NCBI GenBank assembly: GCA_039028615.1
Contig: JBCCHT010000009.1
Span: 96,001 to 160,000 of the forward strand
Direction: 5' to 3'
DNA: 64,000 nt
Source: Myxococcota bacterium
GTDB lineage: Bacteria; Myxococcota_A; Polyangia; Nannocystales; Nannocystaceae
The position numbers and the translations under genes are program-made. Position 1 is the first letter of the stretch, and each line of letters opens with the position of its first letter. The notes below the pieces were generated by a model, which was not told where the DNA came from, did not search any database, and saw nothing but the letters and a program-made list of their open reading frames with translations. Shown here piece after piece: positions 57,808-64,000 of the stretch.

Positions 57808-60144
57808 ATGTCCCTTGGAGGTCTCGCTGCGGCGCTCTCGCTGAGTTCCGTGTTGCTGGTCGGCGGAGCCCCGTCCGCTTCTTCCGACCCCTTTCGTCAG
57901 CTCGAGGAGATCCTGCCCACTCCCACCACGACGCGCACGGGCTCGGGCGCGCCGGGTCACGAGTACTGGCAGCAGGAAGTCGACTACCGCATCGAAGTCT
58001 CGATCGATGACAAAGATCATCGGCTCCATGGTCGAGAGCGGGTTCGCTACCAGAACAACTCGCCCGACACGCTGGAGTACCTGTGGCTGCAGCTCGACGC
58101 GAACGTCTACAGCCCCACGGCGGGTCGAGCCAGCACGGCCACCGCTCCGACCTTCGATCGGGTCCCGTACCGCGCCTTGGGCTACCTGGTCGCGGGCCGG
58201 ACCTTCGATGGCTCGGTCGAGCTGTCCGAGGTCGTCGATCGACGCGGCCGCTCGCTCGACTACACGGTGTCCGGCACGATGATGCGGATCGATCTGCCCA
58301 AGCCGCTCAAGCCCAAGGGCAGCTTCGTGTTCGAGATCGAGTGGTCCTACGCGATCAACGACAGCGAGCTCGTACCGGGGCGCACCGGGTTCGAGCGCTT
58401 CGATGATGGCAACATCATCTACGAGATCGCGCAGTGGTTCCCCCGGCTGGCCGCCTACGAGGACGTCAACGGCTGGCAGAACAAGCAGTTCCTGGGCGGG
58501 GGAGAGTTCACGCTGGAGTTCGGCGACTACGACGTGTCGATCACCATGCCCGACGACTACGTGGTCGCGGCGACGGGTGAGCTACAAAATGCGCGGTCCG
58601 TGCTCTCGGCGAGCCAGCGCGAGCGGCTAGAGGACGCCGAGGAGGCGGACGCGCCCGTGTTCATCGTCAACCCCGCCGAGGCCGAGGCCAACCAGGCCGC
58701 GACGCCTTCCAAAGGCACGAAGAGCTGGCGCTTCAAGGCCGAGGACGTGCGGGACTTCGCGTTCGCGGCGTCGCGGAAGTTCATCTGGGACGCGCAGCAG
58801 GTGGAGGTCGGCGGCAAGCCGGTCTGGGCCATGTCGTACTACCCGCTCGAGGGCGAGCCCCTGTGGAGCAAGTACTCGACCAAGGCCATCATCCACACGC
58901 TGAACGTCTACGGGCGCTACGCCTTCGACTACCCCTATCCGGTCGCGATCTCGGTCAACGGCCCCGTCGGGGGCATGGAGTACCCGATGATCTGCTTCAA
59001 CGGGCCTCGCCCCGAGGAGGACGGGACCTACGACAAACGGACGAAGTACGGCCTCATCTCGGTGATCATCCACGAGGTTGGCCACAACTTCTTCCCCATG
59101 ATCGTCAACAGCGACGAGCGCCAGTGGACCTGGATGGACGAGGGGCTCAACACCTTCCTCCAGTACCGAGCCGAGCAGGAGTGGGAGGCGGGCTATCCGT
59201 CACGGCGGGGCGAGCCGCGGAAGATCGTCGAGTACATGCTCAGCGAGGAGCAGGTGCCGATCATGACGAACTCGGACTCGCTGCTTCAGTTCGGCAACAA
59301 CGCCTATGCCAAGCCCGCCACCGCGCTCAACATCCTGCGCGAGACGGTCATGGGGCGGGAGCTGTTCGACTATGCGTTTCGGCGCTACGCCCAGCGCTGG
59401 AAGTTCCGGCGCCCGATGCCCTCGGACTTCTTTCGCACCATGGAGGACGCCTCGGCCATCGACCTCGACTGGTTCTGGCGCGGGTGGTTTTACACGACCG
59501 ATCACGTCGACATCGCGATTCGGTCCGTGCGGGAGTATGTCCCCGACCCGGGCGGGCCCGTGGCGGACAAGAACGCCGAGCGCGAGCTTCGGGACGCGAC
59601 GCCCAAGAGCCTCTCGGAGCAGCGAGACGAGGCGCTGCCCAAGGTGGCCGATGAAGACAAGGACATCCTGGACTTCTACAACTCGTTCGACGAGCTCGAC
59701 CTCACCGCGGCGGACGAGCAGGCGGACGCGAAGCAGCGAGAGGCGCTGACCCCGGAGGAGCGCGCGCTGCTGGACCTCGAGGCGCACTACTTCGTGATCG
59801 AGCTGGACAATGTCGGGGGCCTGGTGATGCCGGTCATTCTCGACCTTCGATTCGAGAGCGGGGCCCGACGCGAGGTTCGGATCCCGGCCGAGGTGTGGCG
59901 CAGGAACTCGCAGCGGATCGGCAAGCTGCTCATCGTCGACGAGCCCATCGTCTCCGTGACCGTCGATCCCCACCTCGAGACCGCCGATGCCGACCTGAAC
60001 AACAACCATTGGCCGCCCAAGCCGCAAAAGAGCCGGTTCCAGATCTACAAGGACGAAAAGAAGAAGAACCCCATGCAGGAGGCGGGGCTCGGCAAGCCGG
60101 TGGAGGCCAAGGAGACCAAGGCGACCCAGGAGCAGGCCCGATGA
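57808..60144 (+). CDS. M1 family metallopeptidase, secreted
   Basis: YWQQ..DY.I, GGMEYPMI, HEVGH-x18-E (WMDEG) and YAKP. Confidence 0.9.
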   Translation: MSLGGLAAALSLSSVLLVGGAPSASSDPFRQLEEILPTPTTTRTGSGAPGHEYWQQEVDYRIEVSIDDKDHRLHGRERVRYQNNSPDTLEYLWLQLDANVYSPTAGRASTATAPTFDRVPYRALGYLVAGRTFDGSVELSEVVDRRGRSLDYTVSGTMMRIDLPKPLKPKGSFVFEIEWSYAINDSELVPGRTGFERFDDGNIIYEIAQWFPRLAAYEDVNGWQNKQFLGGGEFTLEFGDYDVSITMPDDYVVAATGELQNARSVLSASQRERLEDAEEADAPVFIVNPAEAEANQAATPSKGTKSWRFKAEDVRDFAFAASRKFIWDAQQVEVGGKPVWAMSYYPLEGEPLWSKYSTKAIIHTLNVYGRYAFDYPYPVAISVNGPVGGMEYPMICFNGPRPEEDGTYDKRTKYGLISVIIHEVGHNFFPMIVNSDERQWTWMDEGLNTFLQYRAEQEWEAGYPSRRGEPRKIVEYMLSEEQVPIMTNSDSLLQFGNNAYAKPATALNILRETVMGRELFDYAFRRYAQRWKFRRPMPSDFFRTMEDASAIDLDWFWRGWFYTTDHVDIAIRSVREYVPDPGGPVADKNAERELRDATPKSLSEQRDEALPKVADEDKDILDFYNSFDELDLTAADEQADAKQREALTPEERALLDLEAHYFVIELDNVGGLVMPVILDLRFESGARREVRIPAEVWRRNSQRIGKLLIVDEPIVSVTVDPHLETADADLNNNHWPPKPQKSRFQIYKDEKKKNPMQEAGLGKPVEAKETKATQEQAR

Positions 60145-60620
60145 TCGGCCGTCGAGCGCTGCTCGCTGGCCTGGCCGGAGCGCTGGTGGCCCGAAGCGCC
60201 GGGGCGCATCCCTATCACGTGAGCACGGCCGAGGCCTGGGTCCGGGATGGCCGGCTCGAGGTCGCGCTGAAGGTCTCGCCCGAAGATCTCCAAGAGGCCC
60301 TGCGCCGAGCCGCGGGCAAGAAGGTCGACATCGACGGCGACATCTCGGCCCTCATCCGGGCCTACCTGCGGAAGCACTTCACCGTGCGCGGCCCGGACGG
60401 ACTCGTGCCGATGAAGTGGGTGGGCAGTGAGGTCGAGGTGGAGACCGCGTGGCTGTACTTCGAATACGAGACGCCCGGCTCGGCCAAGGGCTATGCGCTG
60501 TACAGCGGGGTGTTCTTCGACATCGCCCCCGCGCAGGTCAACCGGGTCCTGGTTCACCACGGTACGGCCTCGCGAACCCTTCGCTTTCGCCCTGGCGACC
60601 GACCCCGCCGCCTGGGCTAG
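60141..60620 (+). CDS. DUF6702-like exported protein
   Basis: RR signal ending AGA, then HPYHVS.AE, DL..AL, WVG.E.E and Q.N.V. ATGA overlap with the peptidase gene. Confidence 0.7.
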   Translation: MIGRRALLAGLAGALVARSAGAHPYHVSTAEAWVRDGRLEVALKVSPEDLQEALRRAAGKKVDIDGDISALIRAYLRKHFTVRGPDGLVPMKWVGSEVEVETAWLYFEYETPGSAKGYALYSGVFFDIAPAQVNRVLVHHGTASRTLRFRPGDRPRRLG

Positions 60621-60704
60621 CCGAGGCGGCAACGCGGGCGACTTCGCCCCGTGCGCAGGCTCGATCCGCCGTTTCGAGCCCGTCGGAGAGAAAATTCATG
60701 GAGG

Positions 60705-60731
60705 TGTAAGAAACGAGGGGGGGCGTGCGTC
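60705..60731 (+). promoter_or_regulatory. Putative ECF-sigma promoter (TGTAAG-N17-CGTC)
   Basis: -35 TGTAAG at 60705-60710 and -10 CGTC at 60728-60731, upstream of the metallothionein-like ORF and the sigma gene. Confidence 0.5.
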
Positions 60732-60777
60732 AGCACGAGCACGAAGGGCCGGGATGGCCCAAAACCGAGGAAACCCC

Positions 60778-60927
60778 ATGGAAGACACCTGCAAATGCCC
60801 GTGCACGCAATGCGAGAGCCATTGCTCCTGCCCCTGTTCGCCTCCCCAAGACGGCGGCTGTTGCTGCGGCGCGACGTGCACCTGCGGCGACAACTGCCCG
60901 TGCGATGAGTCCTGCGGCTGTCCTTGA
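60778..60927 (+). CDS. Metallothionein-like protein (49 aa, 16 Cys)
   Basis: GAGG RBS 7 nt before the ATG. Sequence MEDTCKCPCTQCESHCSCPCSPPQDGGCCCGATCTCGDNCPCDESCGCP, with no aromatic residues and no signal peptide. Confidence 0.8.
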   Translation: MEDTCKCPCTQCESHCSCPCSPPQDGGCCCGATCTCGDNCPCDESCGCP

Positions 60928-60954
60928 TGCCGTGAAGTACACTGATCGTCGTTG

Positions 60955-61521
60955 ATGGCCGTTCAGGCGAAAGTCCCCTCGAGGGAGACCCTGATCGCGG
61001 ATGCTCTTCGTGAGCACGCCGCCCAGTTCCGTGCGTTCGTCGGCGCGCGCGTGCCTCCGGGCGAGGTCGAGGACATCCTGCAGACCGCGGCTTTTCGCGC
61101 CGTCGAGCGCTCCGGGTCCCTGAAGGACTCGGAGCGTCTCCTGCCGTGGCTGTACCGGCTGCATCGCAACATCATCGTCGACACCATGCGCCGACGAGCG
61201 AGCCGCGAGCGCGTGGTCGACCCCCATGCGGTGGCGCCCGAGCCCTCGGCCCAGCCCTCCGAAGACCCGTGTCACTGCGCCCTCGTGCTGGCCCGGCAGC
61301 TGAGCCCGGCCTACGCGTCGATGCTGTCGCTGGTGGACGCGGGAGATGCTTCGGTGGCGGAGGCCGCCGAGGCGCTGGGAATCTCCACCAACAATGCCGC
61401 CGTTCGTCTTCATCGTGCACGCAAGGCCTTGCGAAAAGCGATGCTCGAGCACTGCGGCGTACGCAGCCCGAGCGAGTGCGCCGACTGTCGCTGCGCATTC
61501 GAAGGTTGCTGCGCGATGTGA
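60955..61521 (+). CDS. ECF RNA polymerase sigma factor, CorE-like (metal-responsive, Cys-rich C-terminus)
   Basis: Sigma2 (EDILQ, WLYRL.RN..VD..RR), CHC linker motif, sigma4 (EAA..LGIS.NNA.VRLHRAR..LR) and C-terminal CGVRSPSECADCRCAFEGCC. Confidence 0.85.
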   Translation: MAVQAKVPSRETLIADALREHAAQFRAFVGARVPPGEVEDILQTAAFRAVERSGSLKDSERLLPWLYRLHRNIIVDTMRRRASRERVVDPHAVAPEPSAQPSEDPCHCALVLARQLSPAYASMLSLVDAGDASVAEAAEALGISTNNAAVRLHRARKALRKAMLEHCGVRSPSECADCRCAFEGCCAM

Positions 61522-61599
61522 TGCCCACGGACGAAGGTCCGGCGCCCGTGCCCGCGATTTGAGGCTGTTCGCGGGCTCGTGCTATGGGATGACGTCGAG

Positions 61600-62409
61600 A
61601 TGGCGAAGTTCAACGTCTGTGCCCGGCGGATTCTCGTGGGCACGGCCGTCGCCAGCAGCTACGACTGGATCGACTTTCACCGCTGCGTGGAGGGCCTCGC
61701 CCGCCTGACCGGAGAGCCCTTCACGGCCGTCTTTGCTCGGCTGGAGAAGCAGCACGGCTTCGGTCGTCGCCCCGGTAGCTGGCCGGACGGGAGCACGCTG
61801 CGGGCGGCGACCCGGCAGCTGGTCGAAGAGCGCGAGGCCTGGCTGGCTCGTTACCGTGCCTTCGTCGAGCAACGTCGTCGCGAGAAGAAACAGGGCCTCC
61901 GCCACCGTCGCCGCGAGCCCCTCGAGGAGCTGGAGGCCAGTCGACGCCAGCATGCGGCGTTTCGGCCCCGGCTCGGCTACTGGGGCTGGGCTCGGCTCCG
62001 CGAGGGGCTCGGCACGGTCGTCCCTCACCAGGACTCGCGGCTCCGCTTTCCGATCGTGCGCGGCGGCGGCCTGAGGGTCTGTCTCGATCTGCGCCGTCAC
62101 CCGGAGCCGGCCCTCGATCGAAGCGCGTTCGAGGGACTCGAAGGGGCGCTGGGGAGGACCGAGCTCCGCTCGCGGGTGCTGGTGGTCGTCGCCACGGCGA
62201 AGATTGCTGCGGCCTGGCTGGAGAACCCCGGCGGCCCCGAGCTGCGACGTGCACTGAAGCTGGGGCGGCGGCTCGGCGGTTTTCGTCGCGAGATCTGGCT
62301 GGCCCATCGCACGCCGGCTCACGCGGCCGAGCGCTGGCCCGCGGTGAGCGATGAACTTCGAGCCATCATCGACGGCGAGGGCTGGACGTTGCGGGCGATC
62401 CGGCTATAG
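61600..62409 (+). CDS. Hypothetical protein, Arg-rich
   Basis: Long open frame with GC-rich third positions and no recognised motif. Confidence 0.5.
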   Translation: MAKFNVCARRILVGTAVASSYDWIDFHRCVEGLARLTGEPFTAVFARLEKQHGFGRRPGSWPDGSTLRAATRQLVEEREAWLARYRAFVEQRRREKKQGLRHRRREPLEELEASRRQHAAFRPRLGYWGWARLREGLGTVVPHQDSRLRFPIVRGGGLRVCLDLRRHPEPALDRSAFEGLEGALGRTELRSRVLVVVATAKIAAAWLENPGGPELRRALKLGRRLGGFRREIWLAHRTPAHAAERWPAVSDELRAIIDGEGWTLRAIRL

Positions 62410-62420
62410 CGACCTCGGCG

Positions 62421-64000
62421 TTACTGCCCGCGTGCAAACTCGATGTCCTCGATGCACTGATCCGCGCCACACATGCGACCAATGACGCGCGCGTGCAGTG
62501 AGCCGACCAGGGGCTCGGGCGAGCCCTCGCCATCCCAGGCGTCGATGCTCAGCGTGCCTTGATGCAGGAACCCGACGTAGTCGAAGTTGCCCGCTTCTCC
62601 CAGCCGGACGACGAGGCCCTTGGCGTCCTCCCAGTCGTCGACCCGAATCTGGGCGCCGGCCTGGAGTGCGTCGCGGTCGACCTCCACTTGGGTCGCGAGG
62701 ACGCCTTCGCCGTAGGTGCCCCGGAAGGTCAGGGTCACGGGGCTGTAGCCCCCGGGATCGACGGCTTCCGCCGTGGCATCGGTGACATCCCACGGCTCAC
62801 CGTCGAGCATGGGCATGACGGTGGCCTCGCCGGGGGCGGGGGGTTGGTCTGCCGAGCCCACCGTCGCCTCGAAGGTCACGTCGAGGGTCCCGCGGTCCAC
62901 GATGCACAAGGCGCTGTACTCGTCGATCTCCCACTGGGGCTCGGCGGCGAGGTCGGCCTCGACTCGGGCGCGCTGCGTCAGCAGGAAGTCGCGCTTGATG
63001 CCCTGGGCAAACTCCACGAGCTCTTCCTCGTCGGGATCGATGTGCGGGGCGACCAGCGCGGCCTGGCGATCGAACTCCGTCACCAGCGCGTCCTCGTCCC
63101 ACACCGTCGCCAAAAGCTCCCGGAGCCGGTCTTCATAGGCGGCGCGGCCCTCGGGGTGGAGATAGAGGCGACGTGCCAGCCGGGCGTTGGCCTTCACCGA
63201 GGCCAGCGTGCCTCCATCCGAACCCCAGAACAGCGTGCCATCGACGCCCCACGGGATGAAGGTGAAGCGTCCGTCCTGGTCGCCGTAGATCCAGAAGTTG
63301 TTCTTGTTCTGGGGGTAGCCGTCGTCGTTGTTAATGAGGACTTCGACGGCCCAGTAGGCATAGAAACGGTCCAGATCGACGACTGCATCGAGAGCCGGGA
63401 TGAGATCGTCGTCGGGGACGGCGGCCGCGGTGACCACCGCGCCCAGATCGAGGCGGCTGGGGTCGGACTCGTTGGTCTTCTTGTCGAAGGTTCCCGTCAG
63501 CGTGGGGCGGAAGTCGCTCTCGTGGCCCTCGTAGAGGTTGCCCTCGTCGGACTCGAAGTGCTGCGCCAAGAAGGGCTTTTTGATGGGCTCGACGTTGACG
63601 TAGAGCCCGAGGTCCTGACCGTTGACGTACACGTGGACGTACGAGCAGCGCGGCGCGGGCACGCCCGCCGCCGCATAGATGCCGTAGCTGATGCACTGGC
63701 CGACCTTGGAGGGGTCTTGCTCGGCGTTGTTGAGCGTCATCCGCTTCATGCCGCCGAGCTCCAGATCCTGGTCGAAGTGATGGAACTTCAGCTTCAGGGC
63801 GGGGCGCTCGTCGTCCATCGACCCGAAGCCCTTCTTGCGCACGCCGACGGGTGCCAAGGGGAATCCATCGACGGTGACGTCGGCCGAAAACCAGGTGAAC
63901 GGCTTCGGGAAGGGGCTGGTGAAGCAGCCGGCTCCCTCGTCGCCGAGGATGTGCTCGTAGTCCCGGCTCTGGTGACGCAGCGCGTCCCAGTCCGCTTCGT
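62421..64000 (-). CDS. CotH kinase family protein, 5'-truncated by the window edge
   Basis: VGVRKKG..GS, P.LKLKF, TLNN..QD, G.Y.NVE, GNLYEG, DGY...NN and FIPWG.D. The frame stays open to base 64000. Confidence 0.88.
   Translation of the reverse strand, partial: EADWDALRHQSRDYEHILGDEGAGCFTSPFPKPFTWFSADVTVDGFPLAPVGVRKKGFGSMDDERPALKLKFHHFDQDLELGGMKRMTLNNAEQDPSKVGQCISYGIYAAAGVPAPRCSYVHVYVNGQDLGLYVNVEPIKKPFLAQHFESDEGNLYEGHESDFRPTLTGTFDKKTNESDPSRLDLGAVVTAAAVPDDDLIPALDAVVDLDRFYAYWAVEVLINNDDGYPQNKNNFWIYGDQDGRFTFIPWGVDGTLFWGSDGGTLASVKANARLARRLYLHPEGRAAYEDRLRELLATVWDEDALVTEFDRQAALVAPHIDPDEEELVEFAQGIKRDFLLTQRARVEADLAAEPQWEIDEYSALCIVDRGTLDVTFEATVGSADQPPAPGEATVMPMLDGEPWDVTDATAEAVDPGGYSPVTLTFRGTYGEGVLATQVEVDRDALQAGAQIRVDDWEDAKGLVVRLGEAGNFDYVGFLHQGTLSIDAWDGEGSPEPLVGSLHARVIGRMCGADQCIEDIEFARGQ

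Noticed and set aside
60778..60927. Cys-rich peptide as a RiPP (ranthipeptide/lanthipeptide) precursor
   Set aside because: No leader region and no radical-SAM or Lan modifying enzyme nearby. Cys residues run through the whole peptide and the neighbour is a metal-type sigma factor, which favours a metallothionein.

Overview
GC-rich, gene-dense bacterial DNA. The gene content points to a myxobacterium of the Nannocystaceae/Plesiocystis type: many Cys-rich lipoproteins, eukaryote-like Ser/Thr kinases and a CotH-family gene. About 58 CDS can be supported, with the first and last truncated by the window edges. Housekeeping and metabolic genes include rpsU, folE, a FolM-like SDR, mrp/apbC, def, trxA, GST, coaD, a PaoABC-like molybdo-flavoenzyme operon, AzlCD, mtnB-mtnD-ahcY, FadL and an M1 peptidase. 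I saw no rRNA, tRNA, CRISPR array or transposase. The most notable signals are: (1) an unlisted 49-aa, 16-Cys metallothionein-like ORF directly upstream of a CorE-type Cys-rich ECF sigma factor, behind an ECF-like promoter (60705-61521); (2) an orphan Hcp/TssD-like protein carrying a twin-arginine signal peptide (22492-23220); (3) a lipoprotein with oomycete GP42-type transglutaminase motifs behind a sigma-54 promoter and phased repeats (14380-16768); (4) an LtaS-like enzyme fused to four Ig-like repeats; (5) a dense hairpin and direct-repeat cluster (16804-17024); (6) an orphan toxin-like small protein. All family assignments come from motif recognition by eye, not from database searches.
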